The translations under genes and the position numbers were made by a program. Below the pieces are notes generated by a model. It was not told the DNA's origin. It made no database searches and saw only the letters and a list, made by a program, of their open reading frames with translations. DNA of 61,456 nucleotides, the filler included. It is 15 parts of 15 records of this genome, joined end to end, with 100 filler letters (N's around TTAATTAATTAA, not from the genome) between each part and the next. Parts side by side here need not be neighbours in the genome. Positions count along the whole stretch, not along the records: positions 48,030 to 51,587 come from SRR7504441_40977; positions 51,688 to 57,765 come from SRR7504441_41006; positions 57,866 to 61,456 come from SRR7504441_41016; 12 more parts are not named here. One strand, 5' to 3'. Shown here piece by piece: positions 48,127 to 59,426 of this stretch. How positions within the stretch are numbered: the stretch's first letter is position 1; each line of letters begins with the position of its first letter.

Positions 48127-48881
48127 ATGAGCTACTCGCCCAAGACAGCCGCCCTCAATGACTTTCGCTCCCGTAGGCGCGAGGCTCGAGGCCGTTCGTA
48201 CACCTCTTCCGCAGCAGGCTACAATCGGGTGCTCCCCCGGGACGTCGAGCGGCGGCTGGAACGGCTGTTTGCGTCGATCGACAAGAATTCCGACTGGGCG
48301 CTGGAGAAGTCGGAGGTGCTGGCCGTGATGGGCCTCGAGGGCGAGGTTGTGATGGACATGGACGTCAACAAGGTGGGTGGCGGCCAGCCGGAGCCGATGG
48401 TTGCGGTCTGGCAGGATTACAAGGTGACCATTGAGGAGTGGATGCGCTACTTCAATAATCAGTGGGAGTTCATGCCGGACTCGGTGCTCTCGATCATGGA
48501 GGTGGTCGAGCGCAGAGTCAAAGGCGTCGATGAGCGCTACGGGCGCCGATCTGCGGCGTCAGCGGCAGGGTATGAGCGAATCATGCCGAGCGACGTGGAG
48601 AGGCAGCTGGACCTGCTGTTCCAAGCGATTGACAGGAACGGGAACGGCGCTATAGATAAGACCGAGTGCATTGCAGCAGCTGGACGCGAGGGGCCTGTGA
48701 TGTTTGATGTGCGGCCACCTGCCGGCCAGTGCGGCTGACAGGCTGGCAGATTGATACCAATCGCGACAACAAGGTCACAGTGGAGGAATGGATGAAATTC
48801 TTCAACCACCAGTGGGATGTCTCGCCCGACTCGGTGGTCTGTATCCTCGAAGTCATGCAGAAGAGGCTTGGACTGATTTAA
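48127..48881 (+). CDS. EF-hand protein made of two duplicated ~100-aa units
   Basis: SAAGY.R..P.DVER.L..LF..ID.N......K.E...KVT.EEWM..FN.QW...PDSV..I.EV occurs twice; two ~41-42 nt introns. Confidence 0.8.
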
Positions 48882-49040
48882 AGTTGCCGGTCGGAGTACT
48901 TACAAGAACCTTACTGCGTAGAGTTTACGGTTCCGCAAGGTTTTGCCATCGGCGATTGTCCTAGCTCAGTGACCTGATTACTATAAGCGCAATCAAATAG
49001 TCGCAAATGAATTATCTGTATAATAGCGCCGCAGTACGTA

Positions 49041-50470
49041 CTAGTTGGCCCTACCGGTACTCGCATACCCGCTCCTGGGGCTCTCAGAAGCAGGTAGCTC
49101 GTCGCACAACAGCTCCTCTGCTAGCTCACCCAGCTGGCATCCCTCAGCTTCAAGATACTGCACTGCAGATAGATTGGGCGCCACAGACTTGAGCTGAAAC
49201 TGGAAATCTGCTTCGCCATCGACCCGGACCAAGTAGAGCTGCTCGGCCAGCGCTTCCACTGCGGCCAGCCCCTCCTCCGCCAGCCGGGCCAGCCGGAGCT
49301 CGTCCAGCTGCAGCTCGAGCGACGCGCTACTGTGTGCCATCGGGCCCTTGACCATCAGTTCGGCTACCCGGGCTGTGAGCACTGTGTGCCCGCTGCCTGA
49401 GAGCTCGAGCGTCAACTCAGCAAGGCACGGAAGCACTGTCCTGTGCTGGGTCGATACCATCCAGCGCCGCAGCTGCAAAACGCCGCTTGCCTGCCCCCAG
49501 TGTACCGGAGCAGGCCCCACCTCGCACTCCACAGTCTCCGCCACCCCTACAACCACTCGCAGGTGCCCGGTGGGCCCAGAGTCGGGCGCCGGCTCTCTGA
49601 CTAAGGACTGCACAGCAGACCCAAACAAGTCGAAGCTTTGGACCCCCAAACGCCGTAGCCTCGCCCCTCTCGGGTCAGCTTGCTGGGCCGCACCAGCTGC
49701 TGCGCTTGGGCTGCTGCACAGAACAGCCAGCGAAGGGTCGACCAATGAGAGTGGGTGGTAGCAGGTGCGCAGAGCCTCGGCCCTCGCCTCCGGGCCTGGC
49801 TGTAGCAGCCCGGCCGCCTGGCTCTGCAGCACCACCAGCTGTGCACCCTGCATCCGCTTCGGGTTCCAGCAGCCAATGCTCCAGCACTCGGAGTCCTGCT
49901 CTGTCACACTGCGCATGATGGCCGCCTCCCGCTCCGGCCCCAGCGACCCGCCATCCATCTGGGCTTGCAGCCGGGCCTGACTCACCCGGATCGCCTGCTC
50001 GCGCCGCAGTAGCGCCTGGTCGGACTTCACTGACCCGACAAGCAGCGCCTGCTCCCCGCCGCAGACCCGCAAGCACTTGGCAAACACGCCCTGGCGCTCG
50101 ACTTCAGCCCTGCTGACGGCAAGACTGCGCTCCTCCATCCCGGGCAACACGAGCCTCCACCCCAGGCGGGTCCCGACACCGCTCTCCAGCGCAGCGCCGG
50201 GCAGGGATCCGACCCAGCCGTACTCCGCTGCAGTTTCGCCATCCACCACCGCGCACAGCGTCACCACAGGAAAGGGGGCTGCTACATCGGCCGGCATCAA
50301 GATCCCGGCTTGAACCGCCCAGTGTCCGGCGGGTACCTGGCGTGAGCCGATCGCAGCATCCCGATCGAGGGGCTGGTGCACCAGCAGGTAGTAGCCCGCG
50401 CGCCCCACCTGCTCCGCCAACGCCGCCTCCTCCCTGCGAGCCTCCTCTGCGCTGTTGACACAGCCCATCT
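49041..50470 (-). CDS. Hypothetical protein with N-acylation-type start (MGCVNS)
   Basis: Long ORF; MGC start; no recognised domain. Confidence 0.55.
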
Positions 50471-50659
50471 TCACCGCGCGGACCGATCGGCCTTGCCGAC
50501 GCCTGTGCGTATTCAACCCGGCAACCGTCAGACCGTGTTCACCAAGCATCCTCAGTACAACACGACAGACAATAGCGGCTCAAGAGACCACCGTCCACTG
50601 AGCTTACATGTGACTTACATGTGACTAAAGTGTTATGGCACTTTACTTTTCACAACTGT

Positions 50660-51587
50660 CTAGTTTGGGCTAGAATCAGCTTGCGACTCGGCGACTATCT
50701 GATCTTGGAGAGTCCACATATTAAGCGAGGGGCCGTTAGGCTTTGGTCGCTGATCTACACCGGCGGTGCGCGGCCGCTCACCGGCCGCTTGCAGAGTAGG
50801 CCGCCCGTGGACAGTTGGCAGGCTGAGGCTACTACTAGGCCTCGCCACCTGCATCGACGCATGGCGCGATTGCTGCAAGTGGTGGGCATGCTTCATTTGC
50901 ATTTCTTGAGGTGATCCCTCTAGCAGCACCAGCGCCCGGTACTCCTCGGCCACATCCAGCCCACCGGCCTCCTCCTCCAGCGACAGCCCCTGGCCGTCCC
51001 CCTGATCCCCAGTGCTCACCGACGCTAGGACTGCCCGCGGGTCCTCGCGCTCCGGCCGATCATGCACGCTGAGCAGGCTGCGCACCCGGAGCTGCGAGGC
51101 CATTAGCTCGTTGCGCCCGGCAGCCTTGTCGCTGTCCTCCAGCCGGATTTTAGCCACCCGTGCTTGCACATCAGCCAGCTGCTCCCAGACTGATCCGTCC
51201 GGATCCGGGCCGCTGGCCATCCCTCCCCTGGGCCGCTCGGCTGGCTAGAACCCCGCTGCACAGCCCCCGAGTGCTCCGCGCTGCCCCGCCTGCACTGTCT
51301 TACCAGCCTCCATGGGCACTGGAGCTCCCCGAAATAATTTGGAGATTCACGGACAGTTGTGCAGCGCAAGCTTTCGGCCGCAATGCACAGGGGGGGCGCG
51401 AGCACTCTCTGTGTGGGCGGTATGTAGTCGCCGCGGGACAGCTCGATCTCGGATGGGGATGGTCGTTCGACTGCGCCACGCCTGGCTGTGCCTGCGGGTT
51501 GCTGTGGGGCCCGGTTGGAGCCAAGGACGCTCCTGCGCTCGGGCTCCAAAGAGACAAGGCCGCGGCTAGCCGTGGTCACCGGTTACC
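50660..51587 (-). CDS. Hypothetical protein (likely 5' partial, spliced)
   Basis: Consecutive minus-strand ORFs 51103..51579 and 50660..51220. Confidence 0.4.
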
Positions 51588-51687
51588 NNNNNNNNNNNNN
51601 NNNNNNNNNNNNNNNNNNNNNNNNNNNNNNNTTAATTAATTAANNNNNNNNNNNNNNNNNNNNNNNNNNNNNNNNNNNNNNNNNNNN

Positions 51688-52180
51688 TGCTGAATCAGAA
51701 AAGGGGGAGGCAATAACTAAGCTTAAAGAGCAAGTTCATGTATCTGAGCAGCTAGCGAGCGAGAGACAGCAACTTCTCCAACAGCGGACTGAATTGATCC
51801 CGCAGGATGTGAGCAGCCCCGAAACTCTCAACCCAATGCCTCCCCCGGGGCTTGCACCAGACCTTTCTAAAAATGCGACATCGTGCGGCCGATTTCACCA
51901 CCCGGTAAATGGCTGCGTGGTGCTGGCTGAGTGCCGTTTAGGTTGGATGCCAGTGCCATGTGAAACATAAGTTGGTGAATGCGTCAATGATCCACGCCAA
52001 CAAACGCTCGCCGATTAGTGTGGCTCCTCAGCTAGCAGTTAAAGAGGAGAAGGTGTGGCTCTGAGCTAGGTTCTTGGGGGTCGGGGTTCATGGATTTGAG
52101 ACGTTCAAGTCTCAAGTGGAACAAAATCAGATAGATTGAGCGAGAGACAATTTCATCGTACTACAACAAGTACTTAATAT
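51688..52180 (+). CDS. C-terminal exons of a hypothetical coiled-coil protein
   Basis: Open frame AESEKGEAITKLKEQV...FHHP, then a GT-AG intron and a further exon. End uncertain. Confidence 0.35.
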
Positions 52181-52441
52181 AATATATAAGTAGTACTCTA
52201 TCGATCGTATCGTTACGGTTTTTCCGCGCTTTACACGATTGTAATAAATTAAAACCTCAACGCTAAGGTATAGCGCTAAGGTCCACCACCAACGTCCGGA
52301 CACACAACTGACACCAACAGATGCATAACGGACATCAACCGACACAATCATAACAGACACCTGTGTTCACCTGTAGGTAGACCACTACCTGTAGGTAGAC
52401 CGTATAGTATGCATAGCACTGGACAGTGGGAGAATCAGCGA

Positions 52442-54111
52442 TCACACCTCGTCAAATTGAGAACTTGGTCCATAATTACGCATGCGCTGCTTTACGGAAT
52501 CTGGGCAAGCCAGTGGCTGCAGTGGCTTGAATGTAGGGTCGATGAAGGAGCTCTGTCCGCCTGGAAAGTAGAACACGTTCTCTGCGAGATCAGAGCATCC
52601 CTCAATTGCGTGCCCAAACAAACCTTGCCTCCACAGCAATAGCAGCACCTCCCACTCAACCTCGGGCAGAATTTCTGGCGGCATGTATGACGCAATTTCC
52701 TTTGCACTGTCGCTCGGAGCATTGGCCGAACGAGCCGACGTCACTAGCTTCGGAGCGTTCGGCGCCAGTTTGCAAACCGCCTGTTCAGATATCACTGCTG
52801 TGTTCTCCAGTTGGGCTGGGGTCGGCAGGAAGACCGGAGAGCCGTGGGGAGTGAAAAGCGAGTCGAGTAAGGACACATTGTGGCTCACAAGGCTTGCTGA
52901 GAGTTGATCCCAAAGACGGCTCACTGGGCTGCGACTGAGCGCGCTCAGCAGATGGGTGACCTCGGAAAGCACGCTGTGGTCAGTCCCTAGCGAGCACTCG
53001 TCTGCCCAGTGGACTGTGCTATTGCTGTCGATCACCTTGGCCACAATCCGATTGATGGCCTGTGCCGACTCGGCCTCGCCACGCACAGTGCATGTTGCCA
53101 TCCTATAAGTGGAACGCTCCAGCGAGGGACATGCCTGCTTTAATGCCTCGAGCGGCCGCAGCAGTTGAAGCCGTAATGCGTTGAACTGAGCCAGTCCCTT
53201 TCCCGTCGGGTCGAGCTGCTGCAGCATGCGAGCCGGCATTCCCACGGGCGCCCACTCGAACGAGTCTACATCGGATGAAGCGAAAAAGTCCATGTCAACA
53301 TCCAAGATCCAGTCCGGGCCCATCAGCCGGCCTAAATCCGATGGCAGCTCGGCAGTAATTACGGTTAGATTGAACTCCACAAGGCTGTGCGCCACTGGGC
53401 TGTCGCTGTGGCTTCCGCTCCGAAGCTTGCAGCTGCTGGCTGGCCACATCTTGTCCAAATTGGGATTCGAGGCACTGTACTTCGCGTGCACGGTCTTGGC
53501 ATTCATGCAGAGCATTTGCACATCGGTGCTGGTTTGGTCGAATGGTAAATTACGCGGATTGGCGATGTCGTACTCGACAACCCCGAGCTCTACCGTGTAG
53601 TGCCCCGGCGCTGGGCCGTTGTAGTAGCCATAAGGGAAGTCTGACCGCAGCCACACCACATTCCGGACCAGCCCAGTGATGATGGCCAGAGGAATAAAGT
53701 TGGCGATGGACACGATCTCCTTCAGAGTCCCTGGGTCGCTCAGCATCCGCCGGAGCTCCGCCCGGGGCATCCTCATCAGCCCCTCTATGCTGTCCGCCGG
53801 CACGGTCACGTCAATCACTAAATCGCTGTGAGAGTCCACATGCAGCAGGTCGTGCGGCCGGTCAAGCTGATCCATCCACACCGGCAGCGCGTCCCCGTGC
53901 CCGTCAACAATGTGCACCTCCGGCCGCGCGCGAGCGGCGGGCCAGCATCGGCCGGGCGGCTCGGCGGCGGCGGCGGTTTGCTCGTGGATGCTCGCGGTTC
54001 GCGGAGAGGCTGCGAACTGGGCACGGGCAGCCACGATGAAGCACCACCACCACCATGGCCGCTATAGCTCGAAGCTGCTATAGTTACAATCGGCAGCATG
54101 CCGACCAACAT
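52442..54111 (-). CDS. UPF0489 (C5orf22)-like putative metallohydrolase, probably secreted
   Basis: VHIVDGHGDAL, LLHVDSHSDL, IANFIP, WILDVDMDFF, VTSARS. A ~44-nt intron after ML gives signal-like MLRPWWWCFIVAARA. Confidence 0.75.
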
Positions 54112-54298
54112 CTAGGGAGCGAGTCGCCGTGGTGGACAATGGCCTAGAGTTGCCTTGTACCAGATAACCTCAGCCACCCGAATCCCAACAATTCCGTGGA
54201 CAAACAGAATTCCAATCTAACGTTACATGTAATCGCACCGAAAGTTCGTTTTCTCACAACTTAGTATACTAGTAGTTCATCAGGCGCACGCCCGCGGC

Positions 54299-55044
54299 TC
54301 AGTTCTGCGAGGAGGCCAAGTTGCTCGCGCGTAGCTTGGCTATCTTGTTGTGGCCCAGGGCCATCTCGAGCCCCATGGCGTCCAAGTCTATATCCTCCGA
54401 CCTGCCAAGGTGCTTGAAGCACTGCTTGGAGCCCTGACCCGACCGTCAGCCCGCCGGCTCGGCCCAGGGCCCACCGTCGGGTCAGTCAGCGGCAGCCAGC
54501 CCCGCCCTGAGGTACATCTCACAAACACCGCCGCTGGACCTGCCCGCACTCTCAGCCCGCTCGGCCCGCCCCGGCACCTTGCACGATCGCGTCCGCTTCA
54601 ATACACTGCGGGGCCTCCGGGCCGCACCCATCCGGGTTCTTGTCCGCGAACGACGGGGTGTTCCGGTGGCCCAGCCCGGGCGGCGGGATCTCGCACTGGT
54701 AGATCCGGGCCCCGAATCCAAACTCGGGCCCGAGCCCATTCCACTCGTAGTCCGAGATGTTGCGGTTGCGCTGCTCGTCGTACTCCTTCTTGAGCCGGGC
54801 CAGCTCCGACTCCAGATCGGCTTTCCGGCTCTTAAGCTGGCCGAGCTCGTTCAGCAAGACCGGGTCGGGCCCGCGGGGCTCTTGCGGTTGGACCGGCTGG
54901 TCCCGCTCTTGGTAGTGGGCCGGGTAGCCGTACCGCATGCAATAGTCCTCCGTGTGCTCGTGCTTCCGGTACGGGACCGTCCGACCCCCGGATCGCACAA
55001 ACGCCTGCGCCCAGTCAGCCCCAGCCCAGCTCAGCCCGCACCAT
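54299..55044 (-). CDS. Hypothetical protein (ATG followed immediately by an intron)
   Basis: ATG|gtgcgg...ctgac...gcgcag|AFVRSGGRTVPY... with coiled coil LKSRKADLESELARLKKEY. Confidence 0.55.
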
Positions 55045-55077
55045 GGATAACGGTCTTTTGCCTCAAAAGCCTCCTCG

Positions 55078-56316
55078 ATGCGCGTGGTGTTGCTGCTGGT
55101 CGCGCTGTGCCTGCCTGCCTGCCTCGGTCTGTGCAGCACATCGTCCGACTGCCAACTGAACGGCCAGTGCCTCGCTGGCCGGTGCTCCTGCTCGGACGGA
55201 TGGCGGGGCCCGAGCTGCGGCGAGCTGGACCTTCGGCCGGTCCGGAGCAGCAAGCAGATGGGATTCGTGCCTTCGACTGACGCCATCTCGTGCAGCTGGG
55301 GCGGCAACATAATCCGAGAGCAGAACGGGCAGTATTCCCTCGTCGCAGCCGCCATGCTAGGGCACTGTGGCATCGACGCGTGGGGATCCAACTCGCAGAT
55401 CGTACACGCTGTAGCCCCTGCTCCGGAAGGGCCCTATATATACAAGCAGACGCTGGTCCCGCACTTTTCGCACGAGCCGAATGTCGTGGTTGCCGAGGAC
55501 AATCGCACGCTGGTGATGTTTTACACGGCCTGCGACACCCGCAGTGGCTGCAACCAATCAGCTCTCAAAGCGTGCGACAGGCCGTCGCAGTTTCCGTGGA
55601 CCGCAGCAGCAAGTCGACAGCACAATGCCATCGACGCTCCCTTGAGCAGGCGCGCCAGGGTTAGGCCTGATGGCCATGATCAGACATGGATGCGCTATGC
55701 CAGCTCCGGCTCAGCAGCCGGCCCGTGGTCGGACCCTGTTGCGATTGACTTCGGGAACGCCTGCAACAACGCACCGGACCCATTCGATACCAACCTGAAC
55801 GCTGTGATCCTGTCTAACGGCAGTATGGTCGGGCTGTGGCGCTGTGTGCAGCGCTCTTCAGCCCCGCCAGCTATCCCAGGAGCTACTGTGATCCACACTA
55901 TGCGGGCAGAGGACTGGCGAGAGCCCAGCTCGTACACATTCTCAGCTGTGAGCGCTTACCCTCAGCGCGAGCACGGAACTGAAGACCCAACGGTCTGGGT
56001 CACCGCAGACGGATCTTTCCACGCGATATTGCACGACGAAGACGGGACCGACCCAGTAGCAGCAGCGACTGCACTCGGAAAGCACGCGTGGAGTGCGGAT
56101 GGGCTCAGCTGGCAGCTTTCGGAGTGCCTGGCATATAATCAGACCGTGAGCTTTGAGGATGGGACTCCGTCGCTTGCACTGGCACGGCGGGAGAGACCAC
56201 ACGTGGCATTGGATCGAGCAGGCCAACCACTGCTCTTGACCAATGGAGTCCAGCCATATCAAAGCCAAGACTGGACGTTCACCCTTGTGCAGGAGATCAA
56301 TCGTCGATCAAACTAA
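55078..56316 (+). CDS. Secreted EGF-like plus five-bladed beta-propeller glycoside hydrolase (GH43-like)
   Basis: Signal peptide; CQLNGQCLAGRCSCSDGWRGPSC; SWGGNI, PEGPY, HEPNV, EDPTVW, HAWSADGLSW, RRERPHV. Confidence 0.78.
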   Translation: MRVVLLLVALCLPACLGLCSTSSDCQLNGQCLAGRCSCSDGWRGPSCGELDLRPVRSSKQMGFVPSTDAISCSWGGNIIREQNGQYSLVAAAMLGHCGIDAWGSNSQIVHAVAPAPEGPYIYKQTLVPHFSHEPNVVVAEDNRTLVMFYTACDTRSGCNQSALKACDRPSQFPWTAAASRQHNAIDAPLSRRARVRPDGHDQTWMRYASSGSAAGPWSDPVAIDFGNACNNAPDPFDTNLNAVILSNGSMVGLWRCVQRSSAPPAIPGATVIHTMRAEDWREPSSYTFSAVSAYPQREHGTEDPTVWVTADGSFHAILHDEDGTDPVAAATALGKHAWSADGLSWQLSECLAYNQTVSFEDGTPSLALARRERPHVALDRAGQPLLLTNGVQPYQSQDWTFTLVQEINRRSN

Positions 56317-56846
56317 ATCTGCTTGATGTAATGAAGGAGGACGTCCACGTACTCGTATACGCTCTACTATACACTGTACACAGCCGAGAGCCCATAGTAT
56401 TGTACTAGTCTGTAAACTAAAGAATGGAGCTGGTGACAGCTAGCCCATTCCGAATCGTCGTTTACACATATCGTACTACGTACGGTGTACGCATATAGAA
56501 GCTTGCTCGTACTCGTACTCATACGTACTTAATTAGTCTACTTTATTGTAATTTACTTGTCAACAAATCCCAATAGCTTAATGTTGACCACGAATTGAAC
56601 TTATAACGTACCAACCCCATAAACTTAGCTCGGCATGCGTTTCTCTAACTCTCTCAAGGTAGCTTGGTCCTTTCATGTGTCGCACAGCGTGGCTTATGGG
56701 CGCAACATTTCTCTCAACATAATTATATCTAGGGGCATCTCACAGCACCTTCTCGCAGTCCTGAGGCGACCGCACATGAGTGCGAACAACACAGGTAGTA
56801 AATGTTGACGCTGGCCTGTCCTCGGTACCTTAAGGTATAGCCTATG

Positions 56847-57200
56847 TCACTGCGGAGTGCTATCTGCGGTGCCATCGGCTACCGACCAGCCCTCGCCGAG
56901 GACCCAATCCATGTATTCCTGGAAGGATATCATGCCGTCGGCATTCTTGTCACACTCCAGCTTGAACCGGTCCAGCTCGGCGTCTTTAACTACACGCCCG
57001 GCTTGCGCGCACAGCATGTAATAAAAGGGGGGGATCTCCTCCGGGTCGATCGCGCCGTTCCCATTCGTATCGGCGTACGTGAAGTCCTGGAGATAGATCT
57101 TGTGTTCTGCAGGCGTGATCACGCGCTGCCCAGTGTCTGCCGAAGCCAGGAGACACGCGCTGCCCAGTGTCTCCTGTACAAGTTGAGTTTTATGACTCAT
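56847..57200 (-). CDS. Small EF-hand calcium-binding protein
   Basis: ADTNGNGAIDPEE and CDKNADGMISFQEY. Start could be 57200 or 57317. Confidence 0.8.
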   Translation of the reverse strand: MSHKTQLVQETLGSACLLASADTGQRVITPAEHKIYLQDFTYADTNGNGAIDPEEIPPFYYMLCAQAGRVVKDAELDRFKLECDKNADGMISFQEYMDWVLGEGWSVADGTADSTPQ

Positions 57201-57521
57201 CGTCTGCGCGTGCTCTTCTTCCGACGGATCCACCGCAGTGCCCCCCTCCTGGGTCTCTTCTGGGAACGGCAACGGACTTTTACTGGAACTGAACGGCAAC
57301 GTCAGACAGCTGTACATGTCGGACGGTATAGAGACCTCTTAGTACCGGTACTCTACCGGTACATGTAGTGGTCGGCCCCTAGCTCCCGGTCTGTGTTTCA
57401 TTCATGTAGTCGCGGACCTCCTCGAATACGAGTACACTTAAAATAAAACTTGTCTTAGTACTCAAGGGCATCTCGGATTGAATGCTCTAAGGCTGCCTCT
57501 GAATACTCATATTTAAATACT

Positions 57522-57742
57522 TCACGTGATCCACTTTTCGACCTCGGCCTTCAACCGCTTGAGCAACGCCTCCTCGAGCTCCTCAACCTCCGGCCTGCCC
57601 GCGAGATTCTCATTCTCGTATTCGTCAAACGCCGCTGGGGCCATTCCGTCGTCCCCTATGTGTGAGTATAGCTCGCTACCCACCGTCTGGCTCCAGTCTG
57701 GTCGAAGCTTCTCGCCGTCCCAGCGAAGCCAGCGGGTGATTG
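57522..57742 (-). CDS. C-terminal fragment of an iduronate-2-sulfatase-like sulfatase
   Basis: TRWLRWDG...PDWS...ELYSHIGD...FDEYENENLA resembles sulfatase C-termini. Truncated at the contig end. Confidence 0.6.
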
Positions 57743-58006
57743 ACATGTAACGTTAGATTGGAATTNNNNNNNNNNNNNNNNNNNNNNNNNNNNNNNNNNN
57801 NNNNNNNNNTTAATTAATTAANNNNNNNNNNNNNNNNNNNNNNNNNNNNNNNNNNNNNNNNNNNNGCCGCCTCCGCCGCTGGTGCCCCGCGCCGCCCTCA
57901 GGCCATCGGCGTCCTTCGCCGGGGGCGGCGAGCTCGAGGCCATCGGCGTCGAGGGCGTGAATGCCGTTAGAACGTTAGACGTCTCCTGACGCAACGCCCC
58001 GAAGCA

Positions 58007-59239
58007 ATGGCCATCTGCGATGAAGAGGTTGAAGAGGTTGATGAGTACGCTGTCATAGATACTGGGGCAGCGACGACCCGGGCCGGGCGGTCCGGGTACG
58101 ATGCACCCCAGGTGGACTTTCCGACGGTGGTGGGGCACCATCCGAACGATATAGTCCCCAGGTTCCCCAGGGATGTGAAGCCTTACTACGTCGGGGTCGA
58201 GGCCGTCTGGAAGCAGCCCGTGCTCACGCTAAAGTACCCAATTGTGGACGAGCATCTGTGGGACTACGATGAGCTCGAGAAGCTCTGGACGCACTGCTTT
58301 GACAACGAGCTGCGCATCTGCATAGGCGACCCCGACCACCCGGAGGACGAGGACGTGAAGGGTGTTCTATTCAGCGAGCCGCCGGAGATGCCCCAAGACG
58401 CCAGGGAGTACCTCACCCACCTCATGTTCGAGAAGTTCGGGGCCCGGTCGTTCTTCCTCGAGTCGACCGCGCTGCTCGCACTGCTCGCCTCAGGCCGTAA
58501 GACCGGGATGGTCGTGGAGAGTGGGGAGCAGTCGCTCCGGGTGGTGCCCATCTATGACTGCTGCACAGTGCGTGAGGCCGTCAGGCGGCAGCGCGGGTGC
58601 GGCGGCCGGGACCTGGACGAGCTTTTTTGCCGGATACTGTGTGAGCAGCCGACGGGACTGCACATGCACACGGGGCCCGAGCGCGAGCTGGCCAAGGAGA
58701 TGAAGGAGAAGCTGTGCTACGTTTCTCTCAACTTCGCCGAGGAGGTTGACAACTTTGCCGGCAAGCAGAAGACCTTTGAGCTCCCGGATGGGACGAGCGT
58801 CGCAGTCCATAATCCGCTCATCCGCTGCCCCGAGCTGCTGTTCAGCCCCTCAACATTCGGCGTCGACGCCCAACCGCTGCACCAACTTGCTGAGATGGCC
58901 GCGTCCGCCTGCCCGTCCGCCTGCCAGCGCGACCTGTTCGGGAATGTCATCCTGGCGGGAGGCAACACCATGTTCCCACATCTGCCCGAGCGGTTGCAAG
59001 CTGAGCTTCAGAAGTTAGCGCCCGAGCAAGTCAAAGTGATCGCCCCGCCTGAGCGCATGATAATGACTTGGATCGGCGGCTCGATATTAACCTCGCTCTC
59101 CGCGTTCGACGGCATGGCAATCCAAAGAAGCATGTTCGAGGATGTTGGCCCGCGAATCGTGCATCAAATGTGCAATCCGCGTGTGTTGAGGAAGGCACTT
59201 AATCCGTCAGCGGAAGAAGAAGAAGAAGAAGAAACGTGA
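58007..59239 (+). CDS. Divergent actin / actin-related protein
   Basis: VIDTG, FPTVVG, LKYPI, KEKLCYVSL, FELPDG, RCPELLF, NVILAGGNTMFP, KVIAPPER, WIGGSILTSL. Confidence 0.92.
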   Translation: MAICDEEVEEVDEYAVIDTGAATTRAGRSGYDAPQVDFPTVVGHHPNDIVPRFPRDVKPYYVGVEAVWKQPVLTLKYPIVDEHLWDYDELEKLWTHCFDNELRICIGDPDHPEDEDVKGVLFSEPPEMPQDAREYLTHLMFEKFGARSFFLESTALLALLASGRKTGMVVESGEQSLRVVPIYDCCTVREAVRRQRGCGGRDLDELFCRILCEQPTGLHMHTGPERELAKEMKEKLCYVSLNFAEEVDNFAGKQKTFELPDGTSVAVHNPLIRCPELLFSPSTFGVDAQPLHQLAEMAASACPSACQRDLFGNVILAGGNTMFPHLPERLQAELQKLAPEQVKVIAPPERMIMTWIGGSILTSLSAFDGMAIQRSMFEDVGPRIVHQMCNPRVLRKALNPSAEEEEEEET

Positions 59240-59426
59240 TGCAAAAGTTCTCGAGCTTGTACTCTTGAATGGGTGACGGATCACCTCATTGATGATTGAT
59301 TTCCGCATCACTATTTTGACAATAATAAGATTTTACTACAACTATAATAAAGCGTTCGGGGGGGTATGCTCCTTTGATATGCATGCTCCTCTCAGAGCAG
59401 TGTCCGGTTGAGCGTAGCCTCATCAC

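Noticed and set aside
56320-56846. Long AT-rich spacer as a tRNA/ncRNA locus
   Set aside because: No cloverleaf, rRNA or snRNA motif was recognisable by eye; an Infernal scan would be needed.
3135-57865. TTAATTAATTAA repeated 14 times as a biological repeat or CRISPR-like array
   Set aside because: It is always centred in an identical N-run and is a six-frame-stop concatenation linker.
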